A stretch of DNA of 64,000 nucleotides from NCBI GenBank assembly GCA_028342535.1, contig JAOLWQ010000002.1:33484-97483 (forward strand), given 5' to 3'. Positions 1 to 9,800 of the stretch are shown in pieces (the first letter of the stretch is position 1; each line of letters opens with the position of its first letter). The DNA is from Methylophilaceae bacterium. GTDB lineage: Bacteria > Pseudomonadota > Gammaproteobacteria > Burkholderiales > Methylophilaceae. The notes under the pieces are model-generated. The model was given only the letters and a program-made list of their open reading frames with translations, had not been told where the DNA came from and ran no database searches. A program made the position numbers and the translations under genes.

Positions 1-452
1 AATGGTATCTGATCATTAGATCCTGATATTTGAGTAGCTCTGTAAAGTAAAACATCTGTGCTTTGCATTAAATCTTGACCTAAATTACCTAAAGTTAGAG
101 TCTTTTCTTCTCCATCTTCTAAATTATTTATTTTACTAAACCAATCTATTGGGGTAATCATTGATAATAGGGTAAAAATTTCTGTATGCTCTGGAATTTT
201 AGATTGAATAAATATAGTTGCTTGGGCAGGGTCTAAGCCACACGCTAACCAATCAATAATCATTTTTTCAGTAGTTTTTTCAATTAATTCTGAATTAGTA
301 TTTCTTTTAACCAAAGAATGTAAATCAGCGACAAAAAATAAACATTCGCTCTCGTGTTGCATACTTATCCAATTTGAAAGCTTTAAATCATATTCATTAT
401 TAAATAGATTTAAAGTTGGTTTGATGCCAGAAACTATTCTTTCTATTGCCAT
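1..452 (-). CDS. Tryptophanyl-tRNA synthetase-like paralog. Only the N-terminal ~150 aa are visible because the gene runs off the window edge. Signature motifs are degenerate.
   Basis: Own minus-strand translation from ATG at 452: MAIERIVSGIKPTLNLFNNEYDLKLSNWISMQHESECLFFVADLHSLVKRN...WLACGLDPAQATIFIQSKIPEHTEI...DVLLYRATQISGSNDQIP. It is collinear with the bacterial TrpRS N-terminus, but the HIGH position reads FNNE and the GEDQKQH block reads GSNDQIP. Absent from the ORF track because it is truncated. Confidence 0.6.
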   Translation of the reverse strand, partial: MAIERIVSGIKPTLNLFNNEYDLKLSNWISMQHESECLFFVADLHSLVKRNTNSELIEKTTEKMIIDWLACGLDPAQATIFIQSKIPEHTEIFTLLSMITPIDWFSKINNLEDGEEKTLTLGNLGQDLMQSTDVLLYRATQISGSNDQIP

Positions 453-469
453 TTTAAACGTTATCCTAT

Positions 470-1111
470 TTAACCAAATATAGTAAAAATAATACTTTTA
501 CTTAAATTTATTATTGGAGATAATATACTACCGAGTAGGCCAGAAAAAAGTAAAAATATTATTATAAACAATCCATACCTTTCTAAATTTTCTATATAAC
601 TTGACCATGGGTAAGGTAATAAGCTTGCAGCAACCCTTCCTCCATCTAATGGAGGAATTGGAAGCATATTCAATACCATTAAGATAAGATTAATTTGAAT
701 ACCGGCTAGAGCCATAACTTGTAAAAAGAATATAGAGCTATCAGGAAATAATTGTAATCTTGCATATAAAAATGTCCAAAAAATAGCCATCAATAAATTT
801 GAAAGTGGGCCTGCCAGAGCAACCCACAGCATATTTTTCTTTGGGTCTCTTAAATTAGAAAAATTTACTGGTACGGGCTTTGCCCATCCAAATAAAATTC
901 CTCCCAACATAACTGTTAGTGCTGGAAGTATAATTGTTCCAACTGGATCGATATGTTTTAATGGATTTAAGCTAATCCTTCCTAAATAGTGAGCTGTCAT
1001 ATCTCCAAAATATTTTGCAGCATACCCATGAGCAGCCTCATGAACAGTAATTGCAAAAATAATAGGTATTGCATAAGCAGTTATTTTTTGAATTATTGTT
1101 AACTCTTCCAT
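470..1111 (-). CDS. Site-2 protease (M50) family zinc metalloprotease, membrane protein
   Basis: 213 aa with an HEAAH zinc motif (TVHEAAHGYAAK), LNPLKHIDPVGT, and several hydrophobic helices. Confidence 0.85.
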   Translation of the reverse strand: MEELTIIQKITAYAIPIIFAITVHEAAHGYAAKYFGDMTAHYLGRISLNPLKHIDPVGTIILPALTVMLGGILFGWAKPVPVNFSNLRDPKKNMLWVALAGPLSNLLMAIFWTFLYARLQLFPDSSIFFLQVMALAGIQINLILMVLNMLPIPPLDGGRVAASLLPYPWSSYIENLERYGLFIIIFLLFSGLLGSILSPIINLSKSIIFTIFG

Positions 1112-1149
1112 ATATCCCTATAATTTTTTGGGATGACTATTTTGCTCAT

Positions 1150-2172
1150 CTATTTAAACTCCTTTATACCTATTGCTTTTCTGATCTCTTCAATTATAGG
1201 CGTTGATATAACCAATGCCTTTTGGGCTCCTTCCTTAAGCGTTTTTTCAATATAGCTTTTATCTTGAGTAATTTTCTCATATTCACCTCTAAAAGGTTTA
1301 ATTTTGTCATCAAGCAAATTAAATAATTCTTCTTTAGCTGCGCCCCAAGCTATTCCGTTCTCATATTGTTTGTTTAAATTAAGAATCTCATCTTCACTTG
1401 CAAATGCTTGAAAAATTTTAAATACTGAACAGGTAGTGGAATCTTTTGGGTCTCCAGGTTCAAGAGAGTTAGTTTTAATTTTCATTATTGCTTTTCTTAA
1501 TTTTTTTGAAGAATCAAAAATAGGAATAGTATTATTATAACTTTTACTCATTTTTCTACCATCACTACCTGGTATTATTCCTTTTTTTTCATCTATCATT
1601 GCTTCTGGAACTGACAAAATATCTCCATAATAATGATTAAATCTAAGAGCTATATCTCTTGTCATCTCTATATGTTGTTTTTGATCTTGTCCTACTGGGA
1701 CTATATCAGCCTTAAACATTAGAATATCAGCTGCCATTAAAATAGGGTAGTTATAAAGCCCCATAGTAATTCCTTTATCAGGATCAACTGCATTATTATT
1801 TTCTGCAACAGCTGCTTTGTATGCGTGAGCTCTATTCATTAATCCCTTTGCAGCTAAGCAATTAAGGATCCATGTTAGTTCAAAAATATGAGGTACATCT
1901 GATTGCCTGTAAAAAGTAACTTGTTCAGGATTTAATCCGCAAGCTAACCAACAGGCAGCAATTTCAAAACTAGATGAATGAGTTAGTTCTGGATTTATAT
2001 TTTTTATTAATGAATGATAATCTGCTAAAAATAAAAAGCTTGAAACACTTTTTTCTTTACTAGCTTCAATCGCTGGAAGAACAGCTCCTGACAGATTTCC
2101 TAAATGTGGTATTCCGCTTGTGGTAATGCCAGTAAGTACTCTTTTTTGATTATTCTGATTTTTTTCGCTCAT
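1150..2172 (-). CDS. trpS: Tryptophan--tRNA ligase
   Basis: 340 aa. Class I signatures are intact: GIPHLGN (HIGH), VPVGQDQKQH, KMSKS. Confidence 0.92.
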   Translation of the reverse strand: MSEKNQNNQKRVLTGITTSGIPHLGNLSGAVLPAIEASKEKSVSSFLFLADYHSLIKNINPELTHSSSFEIAACWLACGLNPEQVTFYRQSDVPHIFELTWILNCLAAKGLMNRAHAYKAAVAENNNAVDPDKGITMGLYNYPILMAADILMFKADIVPVGQDQKQHIEMTRDIALRFNHYYGDILSVPEAMIDEKKGIIPGSDGRKMSKSYNNTIPIFDSSKKLRKAIMKIKTNSLEPGDPKDSTTCSVFKIFQAFASEDEILNLNKQYENGIAWGAAKEELFNLLDDKIKPFRGEYEKITQDKSYIEKTLKEGAQKALVISTPIIEEIRKAIGIKEFK

Positions 2173-2309
2173 TCAATTATCTCAATATTATATTTAAATA
2201 AAATTATACTTTATATCGATACAAATAATGGTGGGGAGCAAGAGAATCAATCTATTACCCATTCTTATCTATAACAGTATATAAAATGGCATTAAAATTA
2301 TGTGTGTCT

Positions 2310-3167
2310 CTAATGGATATCATTTATAACATTCGGCCATTTAGACCAAATAGGCTTACATTGTTTAGGCAGCTCCCTAACAAAGCCAATTGCTCTATGA
2401 GAAATGCCGGGGCCATGAAAATCAGATCCACATGAGGCAAACAAATTGTACTCTTCAGCCAATTCCGCAAAGTAATTTGATTGGGATGGGTCCTGACTTC
2501 CAGACATCACCTCAATCCCAGCTCCCCCAAAATCTTTAAAATCAGCCAAAAGTGATGGGTATAATTTTCTCCCCATATCGTACCTACCCGGATGAGCAAT
2601 AACTGCATCTCCTCCTGCTTCTGAAATCCATGTGACTGCATCTTCTAATGAAGCCCATTCATGATCTACATAGCCTGGCTTACCCGGAGTTAAAAATTTC
2701 TTAAACACATGCTTAATATCCTTTGCATGTCCTTGAGAAACCAAGAAATGAGCAAAATGAATCCTCCCTATTGCACCGTGTTTAGTAAATTTCTTAGCGC
2801 CTTCTAATGCATTAAATATTGATGCCATACCCAAACTATCAGCCATCCCTTCTGCTCTTTTTTCACGTCCTATACGTATATTTTTTAAGCCATTGATAAG
2901 GTTTTTATTTGATTCATCAAAATTAAGTCCAATGATGTGAAGAGTTCTTTTTCTCCAAGTGACTGAAATCTCAACTCCATTAATAAAAATTATATTCAAT
3001 TTTTGAGCCATTATCCTAGCTTCCTCTAACCCAGCAATATCATCATGATCAGTTAATGCTAAGACCTGAACTTCTCTTTCTGAGGCATAAGAAACTAATT
3101 CTGATGGCGTCAAAAGTCCGTCAGATATAGTAGAATGTGAATGAAGATCTATGTTTGGTGTAATCAT
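2310..3167 (-). CDS. trpH: PHP-domain phosphoesterase (TrpH/YciV, RNase AM-like)
   Basis: 285 aa with the N-terminal DLHSHSTISDG PHP metal motif, plus DHD and H..G motifs downstream. Confidence 0.85.
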   Translation of the reverse strand: MITPNIDLHSHSTISDGLLTPSELVSYASEREVQVLALTDHDDIAGLEEARIMAQKLNIIFINGVEISVTWRKRTLHIIGLNFDESNKNLINGLKNIRIGREKRAEGMADSLGMASIFNALEGAKKFTKHGAIGRIHFAHFLVSQGHAKDIKHVFKKFLTPGKPGYVDHEWASLEDAVTWISEAGGDAVIAHPGRYDMGRKLYPSLLADFKDFGGAGIEVMSGSQDPSQSNYFAELAEEYNLFASCGSDFHGPGISHRAIGFVRELPKQCKPIWSKWPNVINDIH

Positions 3168-3223
3168 TAGCTAACATAGATTATATTAGTAATTCTTTAA
3201 TGGGTATAGGTAAACTTTTAAAC

Positions 3224-3751
3224 ATGAAATTTTTATTTGATTTATTTCCGGTTGTACTATTTTTTATTTTTTATAAAATATACGATATTTATATTGCTAC
3301 TGCGGCCCTAATGGCTGCTACCTACATTCAAATAATACTTTTGTACCTATTGAAAAAAAAGATTGAGAAAATGATTATTTTTACAGCAATAGTTATAACT
3401 GTATTTGGAGGTATGACTCTTTTTTTTCAAAGTAATGTTTTTATTATGTGGAAACCATCAATTATCTATTGGGTTTTTGGCTTGGTTATAATAGGTACTA
3501 ATAAATTTTATAATAAAAATTTGATACAAATGTCTCTAGGTAGTCAAGTCAAGCTTAAAAAGCAATACTGGCAAAATTTATCCTGGTCAACAGCATTATT
3601 TTTTATATTTCTTGGCATTCTAAATATTTATATTGCTCAGAATTTCAGCGAAGATACTTGGGTTAATTTTAAATTATTTGGAATGACCGCGCTACTCTTC
3701 CTTTATATAATTTCAATCACTTTATATATTGCTAAAGTCAATAAGGCCTAA
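3224..3751 (+). CDS. yciB: Intracellular septation protein A (YciB/IspZ), inner membrane
   Basis: MKFLFDLFPVVLFFIFYK matches the YciB N-terminus, and the protein is polytopic and hydrophobic. I prefer the ATG at 3224 over the ORF-track start at 3200; the choice is uncertain. Confidence 0.85.
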   Translation: MKFLFDLFPVVLFFIFYKIYDIYIATAALMAATYIQIILLYLLKKKIEKMIIFTAIVITVFGGMTLFFQSNVFIMWKPSIIYWVFGLVIIGTNKFYNKNLIQMSLGSQVKLKKQYWQNLSWSTALFFIFLGILNIYIAQNFSEDTWVNFKLFGMTALLFLYIISITLYIAKVNKA

Positions 3752-3754
3752 TCT

Positions 3755-4054
3755 ATGTGGTACTCCATATATGCAACCGATTTTACGAATAGCTTAGAAA
3801 AAAGATTAGCTAATCGATCGCAGCATTTAAAAAGGCTTAGACTTTTACAAGATGAGGGTAGGCTTTTATTAGCAGGTCCATTCCCAGCAATTGACTCAAT
3901 TGATCCTGGGCCTAATGGATTTTCAGGCAGCTTAATTGTGGCAGAATTCGATTCAATCATTGAGGCTAAAAAATGGGCTGATAACGATCCTTTTTCCCAG
4001 TGTGGTGTTTATAAACATATTGAAGTGAAACCATTTAAAAAAAGCTTACCTTAA
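3755..4054 (+). CDS. yciI: YciI family protein
   Basis: 99 aa. The pattern RLANRSQHL...GRLLLAGPF...[16 protein letters not shown] is typical of YciI-like proteins. It sits in the yciB-yciI-bolA order. Confidence 0.8.
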   Translation: MWYSIYATDFTNSLEKRLANRSQHLKRLRLLQDEGRLLLAGPFPAIDSIDPGPNGFSGSLIVAEFDSIIEAKKWADNDPFSQCGVYKHIEVKPFKKSLP

Positions 4055-4318
4055 ATGATTAAAGATGAAATAAAAAATCGCCTAGCATTCTTAAATTCAA
4101 CATTATTAATTTTAAATGATGAAAGTAAATTACATAAAGGTCATTCTGGCAACAATGGCGGCAGTCATTTTAATATTAAGATTGTTAGTGAAAAATTTTC
4201 TGGTAAGTCAAGAATGGAAAGGCACAGAATGATATATGAAGCCTTAGGCGATCTATTTCCAAATACAATTCATGCTTTAAGCATTAAAGCTATTACTAAA
4301 GAGGAAGAAAAAGAATAA
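4055..4318 (+). CDS. bolA: BolA family transcriptional regulator / Fe-S assembly factor
   Basis: 87 aa. DESKLHKGH...HFNIKIVSEKFSG.SRMERHRMIYEAL...IHALSIKA is the BolA pattern. Confidence 0.8.
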   Translation: MIKDEIKNRLAFLNSTLLILNDESKLHKGHSGNNGGSHFNIKIVSEKFSGKSRMERHRMIYEALGDLFPNTIHALSIKAITKEEEKE

Positions 4319-5107
4319 ATGATGATAAAAAAAGTATTTTATTTTTTGTGTATTTATATTTTTTCAAATTTAGCATTTTCTGAAGATCAGGAAATTCGAG
4401 TTAATGATGAATTAATCAATAAAAATCTTATTTATTTTATTAAAAATGAGGTTATGAAAGAAGGTATTGAAATAACTGATGAGATGGAAAAAAATATTTT
4501 AAAACGACTTATTGATCTTGAATTAATATACCAACAAGCTAAAAAAGAAGGTTTAACCAGTCAAGCAGATTTTCTTTCAAAATCAGAATTAGCTTTTAAG
4601 GAGCTAATCTATACGACTTACCTTCAAAATTTTATTAAAAATAATAAGATTACTAAAAATGAAATTAAAAATTCTTATGAAAACTTTGTAAGTAACTTTA
4701 ATCAAAATGATTATAAGGCGAGACATATTTTAGTCAGCACTAAAGATAAAGCAATAGGCATAATTAAAAGTTTAAAAAAAGGTGGTGATTTTAAAGAATT
4801 AGCTAGTCTAAATTCAATAGACAAAGAATCAAAAAATAATGGTGGCGATTTAGGCTGGTTTGCTGCTGATGATATGGTTGAGTCTTTTTCAAATACTATA
4901 AAAAAGATGGTAGTTAATGAGGTAACGAACACTCCAATTCAAAGTCAATTTGGATGGCATATTATTCAACTAAATGAAATCAAACCCAGCCTGCCCCCAT
5001 CTTTAGAAGAAAAGATTGACGATATAAAAATCATGCTTCAAAAATCAAAATTGAAAAAATATCTTGATGAATTAAGGTTAACTGCAGATATTAAAAAAGA
5101 AAATTAA
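4319..5107 (+). CDS. Periplasmic parvulin-type peptidyl-prolyl cis-trans isomerase
   Basis: 262 aa. Signal peptide ending NLAFS/EDQ. PpiC domain: RHILV...GGDLGWF...FGWHIIQL. Confidence 0.8.
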   Translation: MMIKKVFYFLCIYIFSNLAFSEDQEIRVNDELINKNLIYFIKNEVMKEGIEITDEMEKNILKRLIDLELIYQQAKKEGLTSQADFLSKSELAFKELIYTTYLQNFIKNNKITKNEIKNSYENFVSNFNQNDYKARHILVSTKDKAIGIIKSLKKGGDFKELASLNSIDKESKNNGGDLGWFAADDMVESFSNTIKKMVVNEVTNTPIQSQFGWHIIQLNEIKPSLPPSLEEKIDDIKIMLQKSKLKKYLDELRLTADIKKEN

Positions 5108-5118
5108 TAAATACTTAC

Positions 5119-5820
5119 TTAAAATAAATTAATTTCACTAACTGCCGTTAATATTGTAACTGCATCGCCATTAATGTTCTCTGTTGGAACAAGAGATGGC
5201 CATAATGGAGAAAGACTTTCTATTATTTTTATCATTTTCTTTCTCTTAACTTCTTCTGATGAGGTTAATGAATCAAAGCCCTCAAGTATATTTTTTGCAA
5301 CAATTGTAAACCCTAAGGCATCTTGATATTCATATTTATTCTCTATTTTTCCATCCACAACACCGATTGCATATTCTTCAGCAGCGATTTCTAACAATGA
5401 TTTTACTAATAAAACTTTCTTCTTGAATGTATTATTTTTACTCTCTACATAATTCTCATTTTGACTAATTGATTTTAATAAATTTTTGTAGTTATTGGAA
5501 ACTATGCTTAATTCTTCATTATTTTCAACTGATTGAGCTAGCAACTCCAACTCAGATCCGAAACCATTAGCATTTTTAGCTTCGAAGGTAGGGATTAAGT
5601 CAGCATATAATTCACTTTTAGGATGCTTCATATGTCTTTTGGCATTTTCAAAGTATTTCTTTTTATAAAGCTCAATGCCAACATAAAGATGACCCTTAAC
5701 TAAGCTAATTTCAGTTAGATACACATGATCGCTCTTTATTTCAGGCGTTTGATTTCCCCCTTCTTGATTTGAACACCCAATTAGAAGAAATAAAAAAATT
5801 AATAATAAGTTTTTAATAAT
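5119..5820 (-). CDS. Uncharacterised alpha-helical lipoprotein downstream of the FTR1 permease. Putative periplasmic iron-uptake partner. Probable ATT start.
   Basis: The ORF track begins at GTG 5724. The same frame is open upstream to a stop at 5830-5832 and encodes IIKNLLLIFLFLLIGCSNQEGGNQ, a signal peptide with lipobox LIGC. There is no ATG/GTG/TTG in that stretch. An AAGGA SD lies 6 nt before the ATT at 5820. Confidence 0.5.
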   Translation of the reverse strand: MIKNLLLIFLFLLIGCSNQEGGNQTPEIKSDHVYLTEISLVKGHLYVGIELYKKKYFENAKRHMKHPKSELYADLIPTFEAKNANGFGSELELLAQSVENNEELSIVSNNYKNLLKSISQNENYVESKNNTFKKKVLLVKSLLEIAAEEYAIGVVDGKIENKYEYQDALGFTIVAKNILEGFDSLTSSEEVKRKKMIKIIESLSPLWPSLVPTENINGDAVTILTAVSEINLF

Positions 5821-5841
5821 ATTTTGTCCTTAATGAATATT

Positions 5842-6750
5842 TTATTTTCTTTTAAAGTAGAATTTTCGCCACATTCCAATACCAAAAAATAAAGAAACAA
5901 GCCAAAGCAATACTTCTACCCAGTTAGGATTGCTGTTATAACCTATGAAACCTTTTAAAAATACCCCAACTCTACCTTTATCGTGGAGAATATGAGTATA
6001 CATATTTTTATTATTTATATTATAGGAATAAAAATTAGAGTTAGCGCCCTCTTGCAATTCTGAAGTTGGTTTTAAAATGTCCCATGCTCTTGTAATTTGT
6101 TTTTCATCTTGTAATCCAACCCATTCCAAGTGATTGCCTTTAACAGCAAATTCTTCAATCTCATGAGTGCCGAAAGCAACCATACCTGATGCAAATATTG
6201 CCAACATAAGTGTTGTTCCCTGAAAAAATAAACGTAAATTTATTCTTCTGCCCTGAATAACAATTCCATAACCAATTAATAGTGCAAGAGATAATCCTGC
6301 AAAAAAACCAATGTATGAAAATGCTCCAGACATTGAGAAGCTTCCAAGAAGAAATAAAGCTGTTTCAAATCCTTCTCTAAGAATAGCAAAAAATACTAAT
6401 AAGAATATACCCCAGCCTGAAGCAGCTAATGCTTGATTGGCTTTTTTTTCCATACTATCTTTTTGGCTAACATGCTTTGAAAGCCAAAAAATTACATACC
6501 ACAATAAACCCGCGGTAATATACATACTAATACCTTCAAACAAAGCACTAATAGATTCATTACCTATAGATTCTTTTATATGATTCAAGAAGATTGCAAC
6601 AATAACACTTGCCACTATCGCAGAAAAAACACCAAGCCAGACCTGTTTTAATTCTTTTTTTAAATTATTTTTTTCTAATAATAGATAAATGATTCCGATA
6701 ATTAAACAAGCTTCGAGGCTTTCACGAAATACAATAATAAACTCGTTCAT
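5842..6750 (-). CDS. efeU: FTR1/EfeU family high-affinity iron permease
   Basis: 302 aa with two REXXE motifs (FRESLEA, LREGFETA) and seven hydrophobic segments. Confidence 0.85.
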   Translation of the reverse strand: MNEFIIVFRESLEACLIIGIIYLLLEKNNLKKELKQVWLGVFSAIVASVIVAIFLNHIKESIGNESISALFEGISMYITAGLLWYVIFWLSKHVSQKDSMEKKANQALAASGWGIFLLVFFAILREGFETALFLLGSFSMSGAFSYIGFFAGLSLALLIGYGIVIQGRRINLRLFFQGTTLMLAIFASGMVAFGTHEIEEFAVKGNHLEWVGLQDEKQITRAWDILKPTSELQEGANSNFYSYNINNKNMYTHILHDKGRVGVFLKGFIGYNSNPNWVEVLLWLVSLFFGIGMWRKFYFKRK

Positions 6751-6802
6751 ATTTTATTTTTCTTAAATTTGCTATTAAAAAATTGCTTAGAATGGTATTC
6801 TA

Positions 6803-6821
6803 AATGAGAATGATTCCTATT
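6803..6821. promoter_or_regulatory. Candidate Fur box upstream of the FTR1 permease gene
   Basis: AATGAGAATGATTCCTATT matches about 11 of 16 aligned positions of the GATAATGATAATCATTATC core. It lies about 55-70 nt upstream of the efeU-like start. AT-rich background makes chance matches likely. Confidence 0.3.
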
Positions 6822-6891
6822 ACAATAAATAATTATTTTAATTTCATTAAAAATATTAAGCTAAATAAGAATCTCAACTATAATTAGGTAA

Positions 6892-9800
6892 ATGCAAAAA
6901 AATATTATTACCTCCTTGTTTGGCTCTCGAATTTATTCGGAATTTAGAAAGTCGAACTTATTAAATGACGCACTAAGACCCATAACAGAAATTAAGAATC
7001 TTACCTCCTCTTATCTTCATGTAATAGAAAGTAAAGAAAAGTTATCCCTCAAAGATCAAGAAAGTCTAAACAAAATTTTGACTTACGGTGAAGACATTAA
7101 AGAAGAACTATCACCTGAAAATATCATTTTTATTGGACCAAGAATTGGAACAATTTCACCATGGAGCTCAAGGGCTTTAGACATTGTCCAGCATTGTGGG
7201 ATTGATATTTTAAGAATAGAAAGAATTAAAGCAATTTCTTTTGTAACACAATCTAGAAAACCCATATCTCAAAGCACAAAAGAATTACTAGGAAAATTAT
7301 TATACGACCGTATGACTGAGTCAATTTTTATTGATCCAGACGATATAAATAAACTTTTTATCCATAACACGCCAAAACTCATAAATTATATAAATATAAA
7401 TGATAATGGTATTTCTGAATTACAAAATTTCAATGAATCACAAGGACTAGCCTTATCAAATGATGAAATAAATTATTTATATAAATATTTTTCATCTGAA
7501 AATCGCAATCCAACTGACGCAGAACTAATGATGTTTGCTCAAGCTAATTCTGAACATTGTCGCCATAAAATATTTAATGCAAGTTGGGTCATAGATAATA
7601 TAGAAAAATCAGAATCATTATTTTCTATGATTCGAAATACACACAAAATTTCACCCCAAAAAACTATTATCGCTTATTCGGATAATTCTTCCATTGTTGA
7701 AGGATCAATCATCAAAAGATTTTATCCTGATATTAATGATCAATATCAAGATCATGATGAACTTACTCATTATTTAATGAAAGTTGAAACACATAATCAT
7801 CCTACTGCGATATCACCTTTTCCTGGTGCAGCTACAGGCGCCGGTGGTGAGATTCGTGACGAAGGTGCTACTGGAAGAGGATCAAAACCAAAAGCAGGTT
7901 TAGCTGGCTTTTCTGTATCGAACTTAAGAATTCCTAATTTTATACAAAAATGGGAAAAAAATAACATTGGTAAACCAGATAGAATTGCCTCTGCTTTAGA
8001 GGTAATGATTAATGGTCCAATTGGGGCTGCTGCCTATAATAATGAATTTGGAAGACCCAATATTCTAGGTTACTTTAGAGTTTTAGAATATCAAATTCAG
8101 GGTAAAAATTTCGGATATCATAAACCAATTATGCTCGCTGGTGGAATTGGAAGTATAAGTGATGATCATACTCATAAAGAACAATTAAAGCCTGGCAATT
8201 TACTTATTCAGCTGGGCGGCCCTGCAATGTTAATTGGTTTGGGAGGTGGAGCAGCTTCTAGTATGAGGACTGGTTCAAATAAAGAAAATCTTGATTTTGC
8301 CTCTGTACAACGTGGGAATCCAGAATTACAAAGACGTGCCCAAGAGGTTATTGATCGTTGTTGGCAACTCAAAGATAAAAATCCAATATTAAGTATCCAT
8401 GATGTTGGTGCTGGTGGACTATCAAACGCTTTTCCTGAATTAATTAATGATGGTGGTATGGGTGCAATTATGAATATTCGCTCCATAGATAACGAAGAAT
8501 TAGGAATGTCCCCTAAAGAAATTTGGTCAAATGAAGCTCAAGAGAGATATGTATTAGCTATTGATGAAAAAGATTTATTAAATTTTTCTAATATATGTAA
8601 AAGAGAAAGATGTCCTTTTAGTGTTGTTGGAAAAACCACTCAAGAAAAAAATCTTAAAGTTGAAGATAGTCTTCTCAAACAAGATATTGTTAACATGGAC
8701 CTAAATATACTGTTAGGTAAACCGCCTAAACTTATAAAAAAAATTAATTCAACATTTAACTTAGAAATACAAAAAGAAGTCTTTGATTCCCCACTTGAAG
8801 ATGCAATTAATGAAGTTCTAAAATATCCAAGCGTTTCAAGTAAAAGCTTTTTAATCTCGATAGGAGATCGGTCAGTTACTGGTTTAATTGCTCAAGACCA
8901 AATGGTTGGTCCATGGCAAGTACCAGTGTCAAATGTTGGAGTTACAAAAAGTACATTTGATTCAATAACTGGGGAAGCCTTTGCAATAGGTGAAAAAGCT
9001 CCAATTGCACTAACTAATTCAGTAGCATCTGCCAGAATGGCAATATCGGAGGCATTAACAAATATTGCAGCAAGTGCAATTAAGGATATAAGCCTAATTA
9101 AATTATCGGCTAATTGGATGGCAGCATCTGGAAGCGACCATGAAGACCTCGAATTATTTGAGGCAGTAAAAGCAGTAGGTATGGAATTATGTCCTGATTT
9201 GGGGATTAGTATCCCAGTAGGAAAAGACTCTATGTCAATGCAGACAGCCTGGAGTGATCCTGAAGTTAAAACTGTTACGTCTCCCCTTTCCGTTATTATT
9301 ACTGCATTTAGTGAGTCTTATGATGTCAATAAAACAGTCACCCCACAATTAGTTTTAGATGCTGAAAGTAGTTTAATATTGATTGATTTAGGTGCTAAAA
9401 AAAATAGAATGGGTGGCTCCAGCTATAATTTAGTTAATAACATAACTAATTTTGAAGTTCCCGATCTAGAGAGCCCCGATTTAATTAAAAATTTCTTTAA
9501 AGGTATTCAATTTTTAAATAAAGAAAATAAATTACTGTCTTATCATGATCGATCTGATGGTGGCTTAATTACTACAGTTCTCGAAATGGCATTTGCAGGG
9601 CATTGTGGGCTTAAATTAGAATTAGAGGTAAAAGATTCTATTATTGAATTCTTATTTAATGAAGAGCTAGGCGCTGTAATTCAAGTCGCAAATCAAGATA
9701 TAATATTTGTTCAAAAATATCTAGGAACAGAATTAGGGCTAGCCACAAGTGTCATTGGTTATCCTACAATTAATCATAAAATTTCTATTCTAAATAATTC

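Noticed and set aside
2173-2309. tRNA, small RNA or leader peptide in the 137-nt trpS upstream region. The other gaps longer than 80 nt were also checked: 6751-6891, 11268-11356, 13367-13477, 26887-27011 and 53082-53226.
   Set aside because: No cloverleaf-compatible arms or GTTCRANNC T-loop motif was found. The only mini-ORF (22 codons, minus strand) has no Trp codons. These regions look like AT-rich promoter spacers.
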